DNA of 64,000 nucleotides from an uncultured Sphingosinicella sp. (GCA_964614625.1 CAZTPD010000001.1:3497-67496); one strand, 5' to 3'. Positions 10,045-18,888 are shown, counted from the stretch's first letter. The notes: generated from the sequence alone by a model not told the origin. Made by a program: numbers and translations.

Positions 10045-11874
10045 ATGACCGTCCACAACAGCCCAGTGGCCGCCACCGATATGATCGACCCGATCACCCT
10101 GGAGATCATCGCCGGCACGATCGAATCCGCCCGAAGGGAGATGGAGGCGCAGATCGAGCGGACGGCGCGGTCTGTCGTGATCCGAGAAGGGCGCGACTAT
10201 CGCGCTGGCGTTTTCGATCGCCACGCGCGCAATGTTTCGTCCGCTTCCGGCGCGGCGCATGTCGATCCCATTCTCGACAATTTCGATATTGACGAGATCG
10301 AGGACGGCGACGTCTTCATCTGGAACGATCCGTTCAAGTCGGGTGGCGGGCTGACCCACTTGCCTGACCTGTGCGTCACCCAGCCGGTGGTCTGGCATGG
10401 CAAGCTGGTCGCCTATGTCCAGGCCTTCGGTCACGTTACCGATATTGGCGGGCTCGCGCCGGGCAGCGTCACGATCACCGCGACGGACATTCACCAGGAA
10501 GGAATCATCATTCCGCCGGTGAAGATCGTGAGCGCCGGCAAACTCAATCGCGACTTGTACCGCACGATCCTCAACAACAGCCGTTACCCGGACGACGTGC
10601 AGGGCGATCTCGACGCCTTCATCATGGCAACCCGGCTCGGCGTGAAGCGCGTGAAGGACCTGTTCGACACCTATGGCGAGGCCGTTGTCGATGCGGGGTT
10701 TGAGGAATTGCTCGAAAGCTGCGCCCGGGCTCTTCGCGAAGCGGCCTTTCCGCACATCCCGGATGGTGACTATCCTTTCGAGGATGTCGTGGAAATTGCA
10801 GGGGCGGTGCCGGCCGAACCGCGAAAGTTCGTCCCGCTCAAGGTCACCTTGCGCAAGCGGCGCGACCATGTCGAGTTCGATTTCGAGGGCACGGGCGCCC
10901 AGTCCAAGGCGGCGTTGAACATCGCCGGGGATGAGCGCTTCTACGTCAAGTATATCGTCTCGATCTTCCGGACTCTCGTGCCCGACACGGTTTTCAACGG
11001 GGGTGCGGTCCGCGCGATCTCGTGCAAGCTTCCCGAGGGTTCCATCATCTCGGCACGCTACCCGGCTTCGGCCTCCTGCAGAGCCTATACCCTGTTCCGT
11101 TTGCCCGAGCTTTGCCTGGGGGCGCTTTCCCGGGCGCTCAACGGCGAGACACCGGGCTCTTCCGACACGCGATCGACCTGGGGCATCGCGACCACCAACT
11201 CGGCGGGCGAGCGCATTTTCTTCCGCGACGGGATCGGCGGCGGCGGGGGCGGGCGCCGGGGCTCGGATGGCTCCGATGCCCTGAACGGCAATGTCCGGGG
11301 CCGCAGCCGGCCGGTCGAGTTTCTCGAGGCCTTCTATCCGTTGCTCGTCGAGGAGGAGGGGCTTCGGACGGATTCGGGCGGGGCGGGCGAGTTTCGTGGA
11401 GGGCTCGGCGTCTATCGTCGGGTCCGCTTTCTGAACGACGGCGTCATTCATGTTGTTGACGACCGCCTCCAGACCCAGCCCTGGGGCGTTCGCGGCGGCA
11501 AGGCAGGCATGGGCACATGCTATACGCTGAATCCGGGAAGCGCGCGCGCGGAGCCGATAACCCACAAGCTGGACGCCAAGCCGGTCAAGGCCGGTGACGT
11601 GATCGAGGCGCAGACCTGCGGCGGCGGCAGCTGGGGGCATCCGTTCGACCGCCCGGCGCACAAGGTCGCCGAGGATGTGTCCCTCGGGCTGGTCTCCGAA
11701 GAAGAGGCGCGCCGGGCCTATGGCGTCGTCCTGGATGGCGCCGGCGGTGTGGACGAGGCCGCGACCTCGGTGCTGCGCGCGAAGCGGCCGGCGAAGGAGC
11801 CTCTGTTCGACCGGGGCGAGCGCTTCGCCCGGCATGTCGAAGCGGGCGATATCTGCTGGACGGTGACGGAATGA
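10045..11874 (+). CDS. Hydantoinase B/oxoprolinase family subunit
   Basis: DPITLEII, NDPFKSGGGLTHLPD, HVTDIGG, QEGIIIPPVK, DSGGAGEFRGGLG, GGGSWGHP. Confidence 0.93.
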   Translation: MTVHNSPVAATDMIDPITLEIIAGTIESARREMEAQIERTARSVVIREGRDYRAGVFDRHARNVSSASGAAHVDPILDNFDIDEIEDGDVFIWNDPFKSGGGLTHLPDLCVTQPVVWHGKLVAYVQAFGHVTDIGGLAPGSVTITATDIHQEGIIIPPVKIVSAGKLNRDLYRTILNNSRYPDDVQGDLDAFIMATRLGVKRVKDLFDTYGEAVVDAGFEELLESCARALREAAFPHIPDGDYPFEDVVEIAGAVPAEPRKFVPLKVTLRKRRDHVEFDFEGTGAQSKAALNIAGDERFYVKYIVSIFRTLVPDTVFNGGAVRAISCKLPEGSIISARYPASASCRAYTLFRLPELCLGALSRALNGETPGSSDTRSTWGIATTNSAGERIFFRDGIGGGGGGRRGSDGSDALNGNVRGRSRPVEFLEAFYPLLVEEEGLRTDSGGAGEFRGGLGVYRRVRFLNDGVIHVVDDRLQTQPWGVRGGKAGMGTCYTLNPGSARAEPITHKLDAKPVKAGDVIEAQTCGGGSWGHPFDRPAHKVAEDVSLGLVSEEEARRAYGVVLDGAGGVDEAATSVLRAKRPAKEPLFDRGERFARHVEAGDICWTVTE

Positions 11875-13007
11875 GCACTGCCCGGGACATCGAAATCCGC
11901 CTGGACGCGAACGACCAGGCCCGCGCCCAGTTCGTGATTGCGCTGAAGAATGCGGTCAACCTTCAGATGGCGTCGGACTTGCGCCAGCTGTTCGACGATC
12001 GCCATCAGCCTGCGAAGCTCGGGCGCGAACTGGATCGCCTCTCCGGGGAAGATCGCGCGGCCACGAGAGCCGCGCTCGAGGACGAGCCCCTTTACCGCCA
12101 CTGGTCCGCGCTCACCTATCTTTCGCAGACCCTGATGTGGAACACGGTGGCCGGCTTCATCGACCCGCAACTGCCGCGGTTGCAGGAAGCAGCTGACGCG
12201 TTGTCGAGCAATCCGCAGAAGCTCGGCTCGCTCAGGCTCGATCCGGATCTCGAAATTCCCTGGAACATCGCAGATGTGGAAATCCATCGCCAGCCCGGTG
12301 GCTTTTGCTTCGAGAAGCACGACCGCGATATCGAGGCAGGCGCACGTTATAATGGCGGCGGCCTGATCTACGCCGCCGGCAAGGGGCGCAGCCCTCTTGC
12401 CGGCAATTCGGGCGGCGACTTTGTCCGTCAGCTCGTCGCCGAACGATGGCCCGATCTCGAGCCGCGACGGATACTCGAAGTGGGATGCGGCACGGGGCGC
12501 AACACCGTCTCCTACGCGCGGATCTATCCGGAAGCGGAGATCCACGGCGTGGACTGCGCGCCTGGGCTGCTGCGCTGGGCGCATGCCAATGCCGAGGCGC
12601 AGGGATTGGGCATCCACTTCCGGCAGATGGACGCTGCCGCGATGGACTATCCTGACGGGAGCTTCGATCTGATCGTGTCGCATATTCTGGGCCATGAGAT
12701 GACTGCGGAGCGCTTGCCCGCGATGATCGCCGAATGCTGGCGCTTGCTCAGCCCGGGCGGCGCGGCGGTGCATCTCGACGTCCCGATCCAGCCCGGCCAT
12801 CTGGGCTTGGTCGATCAGGTTCTCAACGAATGGCAGGTGAGACACAATAACGAGCCGAGCTGGCAGATTTGGGCCGAGGCCGACATTCCCCGCTATTTGC
12901 GCGAAGCAGGATTTCCCGAAGATACGCTCTTCCACGGTCCGGTCAGCCAAGGCGAGCGCGATGTCTGGTTCGCTTATGGCGGACGCAAGCCGGAGACCAG
13001 GCAATGA
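11871..13007 (+). CDS. Class I SAM-dependent methyltransferase with long N-terminal extension
   Basis: ILEVGCGTG motif I, SFDLIVSH, RLLSPGG; ATGA overlap with the upstream gene. Confidence 0.85.
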   Translation: MSTARDIEIRLDANDQARAQFVIALKNAVNLQMASDLRQLFDDRHQPAKLGRELDRLSGEDRAATRAALEDEPLYRHWSALTYLSQTLMWNTVAGFIDPQLPRLQEAADALSSNPQKLGSLRLDPDLEIPWNIADVEIHRQPGGFCFEKHDRDIEAGARYNGGGLIYAAGKGRSPLAGNSGGDFVRQLVAERWPDLEPRRILEVGCGTGRNTVSYARIYPEAEIHGVDCAPGLLRWAHANAEAQGLGIHFRQMDAAAMDYPDGSFDLIVSHILGHEMTAERLPAMIAECWRLLSPGGAAVHLDVPIQPGHLGLVDQVLNEWQVRHNNEPSWQIWAEADIPRYLREAGFPEDTLFHGPVSQGERDVWFAYGGRKPETRQ

Positions 13008-13267
13008 GCACGGGCAACGAACCGCTCTACATGCCGCCGGGCGAGGCTCGCTTGTGGGAGACAGTGCTCACGCTCGCGCAAGAGCTTTCGGTTGCGCGCG
13101 ATCGGATCGACCTTCTCGAACGCGCCTTCGCAGCCAAGGGGCTGCTCGCGCCCGGCGAACTCGAGACGTTGCCGCTCGATGCCGATGCGCAGGCGGCGCG
13201 GGCGGCGGCGCGGGCCGATCTCGTCGCGCGGGTCACAAGGCCCGTGCGGAACCCGGATCCGTCCTGA
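13004..13267 (+). CDS. Small hypothetical protein (helical), coupled to the methyltransferase
   Basis: ATG 13004 overlaps the methyltransferase stop; LAQELSVARDRIDLLER coiled-coil-like segment. Confidence 0.7.
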   Translation: MSTGNEPLYMPPGEARLWETVLTLAQELSVARDRIDLLERAFAAKGLLAPGELETLPLDADAQAARAAARADLVARVTRPVRNPDPS

Positions 13268-13444
13268 GCCGGCCGGCACGACTCGCGCGGCAGGATGTGG
13301 GATAGGGAAATCGGCGTTTCGATCACCGCTGGACGACGACTGCCGAGGCAGAGGTGATCGATCGGCGTCATCGCCGGCGCGCTGGAACGCGCGTACGCCC
13401 ACGCTCGGTGCCATGCCGGCCATCAATGCGCATGGCCCTGCGAG

Positions 13445-14285
13445 GGCGTTGTCAAAGCAATGTGGCAGTGCCCGGGCTGCGCTGGTAGTCAGCGCGGATG
13501 AGCCGTCGATCGCGGGCCCAGCCGCCCAGCCCGTTTCGCTGTTTCAACTCATCGCCGGAGGTGATCCGGCTGGTGGTGCTGATGTATATCCGGTTTCCGC
13601 TGTCGCTGCGCAACGTGGAAGATCTGTTGTTCGAGCGGGGCATCGACATATGCCATGAGACGGTTCGGTTCTGGTGGAATCGGTTCGGCCCGATGTTCGC
13701 TGGCGAGATCCCGCGCCAGCGCGTGTCACGGATGCGGGACTTTCGCCACTGGCGATGGCATGTTGATAAGATGTACGTGAAGTTGAACGGCGAGATGGTT
13801 TATCTCTGGTGCGCCGTGGATCACGAAGACGAGGTTCTGGAAAGCTACGTCACGAGGACCAGAGACAAAACAGCTGCGTTGTCTTTCATGAAGAAGGCAC
13901 TGAAGCGGCACGGCCGGCCCGAGGCGATTGTGACGGACGGGCTGCGCTCCTACCCGGCGGCGATGCGGGAGATCGGCAATATCGATCGCCGCCAGATGGG
14001 TCGCTGGCTGAATAATCGGGCCGAGAGCAGCCACCTGCCGTTCCGACGACGAAAGCGCGCGATGCTCCGATTTCGGAGAATGAAATCACTCCAGAAATTC
14101 GCCTTGGTCCATGCCAACGTCCACAACCATTTCGCTCTCGAACGGCATCTCGTCGATCGCCAGACCTTCAAGCAGCGCCGTTCCGCAGTGCTGGTTGAGT
14201 GGCGGGCAATCGCTGTCTGAAATGGATCAAATCGTTGCGTGATCTACGTCAGGCAGAGACAGGTTCGCATTGGACTGACGCCACC
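13445..14285 (+). mobile_element. IS6 family insertion sequence
   Basis: About 840 bp with one transposase; imperfect terminal IRs GGCGTTGTCAAAGCAATG vs reverse complement GGTGGCGTCAGTCCAATG (12/18). Confidence 0.8.
13498..14220 (+). CDS. IS6 family transposase
   Basis: 240 aa; YIRFPLSLRNVEDLLFERGIDICHETVRFW, WHVD, IVTDGLRSY, LNNRAESSH (DDE). Confidence 0.93.
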   Translation: MSRRSRAQPPSPFRCFNSSPEVIRLVVLMYIRFPLSLRNVEDLLFERGIDICHETVRFWWNRFGPMFAGEIPRQRVSRMRDFRHWRWHVDKMYVKLNGEMVYLWCAVDHEDEVLESYVTRTRDKTAALSFMKKALKRHGRPEAIVTDGLRSYPAAMREIGNIDRRQMGRWLNNRAESSHLPFRRRKRAMLRFRRMKSLQKFALVHANVHNHFALERHLVDRQTFKQRRSAVLVEWRAIAV

Positions 14286-14488
14286 GCCACTTCAGCCTTG
14301 CACATCTGATTTCATAGATGTTTTCGGGAAGCCGCGCCGCTTCGGCGCCTGGCTCGGCAGGTGCGTCGCAGCGCGTCCGGTGGCGGCGGCGCATCGGGCC
14401 GGGGCCGTCATTTACCCTTCGGAAATGCGCGCGCGCTATTGTTCGTTCGCGCGCAGGCCATCTCTCCGCGTCGTGTTCGGGCGTCAGG

Positions 14489-17185
14489 ATGAAGAACCTT
14501 TCCATCATCAGGAGCTTCCCGTCGCTGCGGCGGAAGGCCGAGGAACGTCCGGGGGGCGGCGAGGGGGACATGCCGGCGGCCGCGCTGCTGCGCAGCTTCG
14601 AGGAGTCGCGGCACGGCTGGCTGTGGAGCACCGATGCGGCCGGCCGGCTGACCTATGTGTCGGCGGGCTTCCCGCGCAGCCTCGATCTCGATCCCGGCGA
14701 ACTGCGCCACGCCATGCTCGCGGACCTGTTCCTGCGCCCGGACGCCGAAAGCGGGGTGCGCCAGTCCCTGCCGCTGCTGATGAACCGGCGCGCCGGGTTC
14801 GAGCGGATCACGTTGCAGGCCGGGAAGGACGGCAAGGCGCGCTGGTGGCAGCTCAGCGGCTGCCCGCAGCACGACGCCGCCGGGGATTTCGCCGGCTATC
14901 ACGGCTATGCCATCGACGTCACCGACCAGCGCGAAAGCTCGGAAACCGCGTCGCAGATGGCGATGTACGATCCACTGACCGGCTTGCCCAACCGGCGCCA
15001 CATGGTGCTGGAGCTCGAAGCGGGCCTGCGCCGGATCGGCCAGCTCGGTGGCGCCTGCGCCGTCATGCTGATCGATCTCGACCGGTTCAAGCAGGTGAAC
15101 GACTCGCTGGGACATCCGGGCGGCGACGCGCTGCTCAAGCAGGTGACCGAGCGGCTGCTGCGGATCGTGGGCGAGGCGGGCAAGGTGTTCCGGCTCGGCG
15201 GCGACGAGTTCAAGGTCGTCCTGCCGGACCGCGACGATCGCGGTGCGCTCGGTCGGCTGGCGGGCGAGATCATCTCGGGCCTGTCCCATGCCTATTCGGT
15301 GGACGGCAGCCGCTGCATCATCGGCGCCTCGATCGGGGTCGCGGTCGCGCCCTTCGACGGGGAGACGATCGAGGATCTGATGCGCAATGTCGACATGGCG
15401 CTCTACGATGCGAAGAAGAACGGGCGCGGGCGCTTCCGCTTCTTCGCCGGCGAGCTGCTCGAAGCCGCGCGGGAGCGCAGGTTGCTGGAAAGCGAGCTGC
15501 GCGACGCCTTCGCCGCCGGCCAGCTGGAGCTGCATTACCAGCCGATCGTCGATGCGGAGAGCGACCGGGTGACCGGCGTCGAATCGCTCATCCGCTGGCA
15601 CCATCCCGATCGCGGCCCGATCTCCCCCGAAATCTTCATCCCGATCGCGGAGGAAGCCGATCTGATCGAGCCGATCAGCCAATGGATCCTCCGGCAGGCC
15701 TGCGACGATGCCGTGACATGGCCCGGCAAGCTGCGCGTCGCGGTCAACGTCTCGCCGATCCAGTTCACCAATCCCGCCTTCCCGCAGACCGTCATGTCGG
15801 CGCTCGCCGGTTCGGGCCTGCCGCCCGAGCGGCTGGAGATCGAGCTGACGGAAAGCGTGTTCCTGGGGGATTCGGCGGAGACCGACGCGATGTTCGCCGC
15901 GCTCAAGGCGCTCGGCGTGCGGCTGGCGCTCGACGATTTCGGGACCGGCTATTCGTCGCTGGGCTATCTGCGGACGGCGCCGTTCGACAAGATCAAGATC
16001 GACCAGAGCTTCGTGCGCGACGCCACCATGCCGGGCTCGCGCAACGCCGCGATCATCGCCGCGATCGTGGCGCTGGCGAACGCGCTGGACATGGAGACCA
16101 CCGCGGAGGGGATCGAGACCTTCGACCAGCTCGCTCTGGTCCGCGATCTGGGCGTCAGCCACGTCCAGGGCTATCTGTACAGCAAGGCGGTGGAGAGCGC
16201 GGAGCTGTGCCGGCGGGCGGGCACCGGCGAATGGCGCATCGCCCCGGCCGGCCCGGCCCGGCAGCGCAGCGACCGGCGCTCGATGTACCGCAAGGTCGGC
16301 GCGCTCCTGAACAACGGCTATCACCCCGCTTTGGTCCGGAATCTGTCCGAAAGCGGCGCGCTGATCGAAGGCCTGCCCGACAGCCCGGACGGGACCGAGC
16401 TCGTCGTCGATTTCGGCGACGGCCAGCTCGCTCTGGCGGCGATCCGCCGCAAGGTGGGCCGGCGGCACGGGATCGAATTCGGCGAGCCGCTGGTCGGCGA
16501 CGGGCTCGGCGGGCTGTGCACGAGCCGCCGGGTCTCCTCCTACAAGCTGGGGATGCTCGGCCTGTCGCCCCACGCGCCGGGCCAGCTGTCCGGCGCGGCG
16601 GCCGTTCCGGGCCTCGAGGAGCTTGTCGAGACGTTCGAATTGCGCGGGCCGGGCGGATCGGCGGGCGGGCTGGGGCTGGCTTCGCCCGAACTCGCGCTGG
16701 CCGCGCGCGACGGGACGCGCGCGAGCGGGAACATCGCCCTGACGCACGCCGACCGCTTGCGCGATCGCGTGCTCACCAAGGATCAGATGACGGCGCTGAT
16801 CCGGGCGGCGGCGGCCAGCCACAATCCGCAGCTGAAGTTCATCATCGCATTGCTGGTCCATACCGGGCTCAGGGTGAGCGATCTCCTCGTCGCGGTCTGG
16901 GACGATGTCGATCTGGAGGCGCGCGTCTGGCGCCTTCCGCGATATTCGCTCGCCCGCAATCACGCCGTCTCCCTGACCCGCCAGGCGATCGCCATCCTGA
17001 AGAAGGTGGATCGCGGCGACGGCCAGCGCCACGTCATCACCAATCCGCGGACCGGGAAGCCCTATATGTCGATCTTCAGGAGCTGGGACGCGGCGCGGAA
17101 GAAAGCCGGGCTGGGGCATATCAGCATCCACGACCTTCGCCACTGCGCGCGCGACGCGGGCGATCTGGACCTCGCCGACTGGTGA
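14489..17185 (+). CDS. PAS-GGDEF-EAL-PilZ c-di-GMP signalling protein with C-terminal truncated tyrosine-recombinase domain
   Basis: PAS (WLWSTDAAGRLTYVS), YDPLTGLPNR and RLGGDEF, ESLIRW/DDFGTGYSSL/KIDQSF/EGIET/QGY, PilZ RSDRR + NLSESG, then HTGLRVSD and IHDLRH; start placed at ATG 14489. Confidence 0.88.
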   Translation: MKNLSIIRSFPSLRRKAEERPGGGEGDMPAAALLRSFEESRHGWLWSTDAAGRLTYVSAGFPRSLDLDPGELRHAMLADLFLRPDAESGVRQSLPLLMNRRAGFERITLQAGKDGKARWWQLSGCPQHDAAGDFAGYHGYAIDVTDQRESSETASQMAMYDPLTGLPNRRHMVLELEAGLRRIGQLGGACAVMLIDLDRFKQVNDSLGHPGGDALLKQVTERLLRIVGEAGKVFRLGGDEFKVVLPDRDDRGALGRLAGEIISGLSHAYSVDGSRCIIGASIGVAVAPFDGETIEDLMRNVDMALYDAKKNGRGRFRFFAGELLEAARERRLLESELRDAFAAGQLELHYQPIVDAESDRVTGVESLIRWHHPDRGPISPEIFIPIAEEADLIEPISQWILRQACDDAVTWPGKLRVAVNVSPIQFTNPAFPQTVMSALAGSGLPPERLEIELTESVFLGDSAETDAMFAALKALGVRLALDDFGTGYSSLGYLRTAPFDKIKIDQSFVRDATMPGSRNAAIIAAIVALANALDMETTAEGIETFDQLALVRDLGVSHVQGYLYSKAVESAELCRRAGTGEWRIAPAGPARQRSDRRSMYRKVGALLNNGYHPALVRNLSESGALIEGLPDSPDGTELVVDFGDGQLALAAIRRKVGRRHGIEFGEPLVGDGLGGLCTSRRVSSYKLGMLGLSPHAPGQLSGAAAVPGLEELVETFELRGPGGSAGGLGLASPELALAARDGTRASGNIALTHADRLRDRVLTKDQMTALIRAAAASHNPQLKFIIALLVHTGLRVSDLLVAVWDDVDLEARVWRLPRYSLARNHAVSLTRQAIAILKKVDRGDGQRHVITNPRTGKPYMSIFRSWDAARKKAGLGHISIHDLRHCARDAGDLDLADW

Positions 17186-17233
17186 TGCCAAGGCCATTCG
17201 CGGCTATCGAGTATTGACCCTGGTGGAGCGTGA

Positions 17234-18862
17234 ATGTCGCGTGTCGTCAAAGCGGGATTGCTGATCGCGGCGCTGCTGGCGCTGGTCGTCTTCCTGGCGA
17301 GCGCGCCCCGGGAAGTTCCGTCCAGGCTGGTCGGGGAGGACGGAGCGGGCGGAGCGGATCGCGGGGCGGCGCTCTTCCATGGCGGTGATTTCGGCGGGCT
17401 GAGCGTCCCGGCGCTGGAAACCCACGCGATTCCCTGGCGGCTGGCCGCGGCGGCGCTGGTGCTGGACCGGACGGACGAGGGGCGGCCGGCGCGGGCGGCG
17501 GACATACAGGACGCGTTCCGGGCCTTCGGTTTCCTCTATCCGGAGGCGATCGGCAACTGGCCGGGCGCGCGCGTGCCGGAGGATGCGACGGTGCCGCTGG
17601 GGATGGCCCATGGCGATCTTTCCCCGGTCCGGGGCCTGCCGGTGCGGATCGCCAATCTCGGCTGCGCGGCGTGCCATGCCGGGACAACCTATGCGGCCGA
17701 CGGCGCGCCCACGCCGGAGCGCGCCTGGCTGGGCATGCCGAACAGCTCGATCGACCTGGAGGCCTATACGCTCGCCGTGTTTCATGCGCTGCGCCGGCAG
17801 GCCGCCGATCCCGAGCGGCTGCTCGCCGAGACCCGGCGGCTGTTCCCGGAAATGGGCTGGCGCGAGCGGGCCGCATTGCGCTGGCTCGTCCTGCCGCGCG
17901 TGCGACGGCGGCTGGAGGAACTGACCGGAACGGAGCGGCCGCTGCCCTTTCCCAACGGCCATCCGGGCAACACCAACGGCGTCGCGGCGCTGAAGCAGGC
18001 GCTGGGCGTGCCGCTGGCCGGCGGCGGCGCGGCGGAGACCGGCACGGTCTCCATCCCCGACCTGGGCCACCGCACCTGGCGGACCAGCCTGCTCGCGGAC
18101 GGCGCCTATGCGGTGCCGGGCGAGGCGCGCCGGCGCGAGACGACGGCCGCTGACGTGACGCCCGCGCGGCGGGAGGCGCTGGCCGCGATCACGACCTTCT
18201 TCACCGTGCCGAGCATGGGCGTGCATCCCGATCGCGCGACCCGCAGCCTCGATGACGCGACGGCCGTGCTCGGCTTTCTCGATCTCTATCGGCCGCAGCC
18301 CTTTCCCGGCCCGGTCGATCGCGCGGCGGCGCAGGCGGGCGCGCGGCTCTACGCCCGCGACTGCGCGTCCTGCCACGGCCGCTATGACGACAGCGGCGAT
18401 CGGCCCAGGCTGGTCGCCTTTCCCAACTGGCTGGGCGATGTCGGCACGGACGGCACGCGCGCGGCGGCGTTCGATGCGCGGTTGGCCGGGGCGGTCGGCG
18501 GCACCCTGTATCGCGACAGGATCGCGGCGCGGCATACCGGCCGCTACGCCGCGCCTCCGCTGACGGGAATCTGGGCCAGCGCGCCCTATCTGCACAACGG
18601 ATCGGTGCCGACCATCGCCGCCCTGCTCGATCCGGCGTCCCGCCCGCCGCGCTTCCAGGTCGGCGGGCATGCGCTCGATTTCGATCGGCTGGGCCTGCGG
18701 CTGGACGAGGGCGGCGCCTATCCGGCCGGCTACCGGCCCTTCTCGCGCCCCGCATGGATCGACACGCGCCGCCCGGGCCTCGCCAATGGCGGGCACGATT
18801 TCGGCGCCGGACTGAGCGCCGCCGAGCGCCGCCAGCTCATCGAATATCTCAAGCTGCTTTAG
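17234..18862 (+). CDS. Exported diheme c-type cytochrome, RoxA-like family
   Basis: N-terminal hydrophobic signal/anchor; CAACH and CASCH heme motifs; GIWASAPYLHNGSVPT and NGGHDFG...LIEYLKLL. Confidence 0.8.
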   Translation: MSRVVKAGLLIAALLALVVFLASAPREVPSRLVGEDGAGGADRGAALFHGGDFGGLSVPALETHAIPWRLAAAALVLDRTDEGRPARAADIQDAFRAFGFLYPEAIGNWPGARVPEDATVPLGMAHGDLSPVRGLPVRIANLGCAACHAGTTYAADGAPTPERAWLGMPNSSIDLEAYTLAVFHALRRQAADPERLLAETRRLFPEMGWRERAALRWLVLPRVRRRLEELTGTERPLPFPNGHPGNTNGVAALKQALGVPLAGGGAAETGTVSIPDLGHRTWRTSLLADGAYAVPGEARRRETTAADVTPARREALAAITTFFTVPSMGVHPDRATRSLDDATAVLGFLDLYRPQPFPGPVDRAAAQAGARLYARDCASCHGRYDDSGDRPRLVAFPNWLGDVGTDGTRAAAFDARLAGAVGGTLYRDRIAARHTGRYAAPPLTGIWASAPYLHNGSVPTIAALLDPASRPPRFQVGGHALDFDRLGLRLDEGGAYPAGYRPFSRPAWIDTRRPGLANGGHDFGAGLSAAERRQLIEYLKLL

Positions 18863-18888
18863 TCAGGCGCGGAATCCGAGCGCCGCAT

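Noticed and set aside
16772-17185. Active integrase marking a prophage or ICE boundary
   Set aside because: No catalytic Tyr, no N-terminal binding domain, and no tRNA, att repeat, phage or conjugation genes nearby
14239-17217. 992-aa plus-strand and 929-aa minus-strand (14408-17197) ORFs over the GGDEF/EAL gene
   Set aside because: Arg/Ala/Gly/Pro-rich or antisense shadow frames typical of high-GC DNA; all domain motifs lie in the 14489-17185 frame
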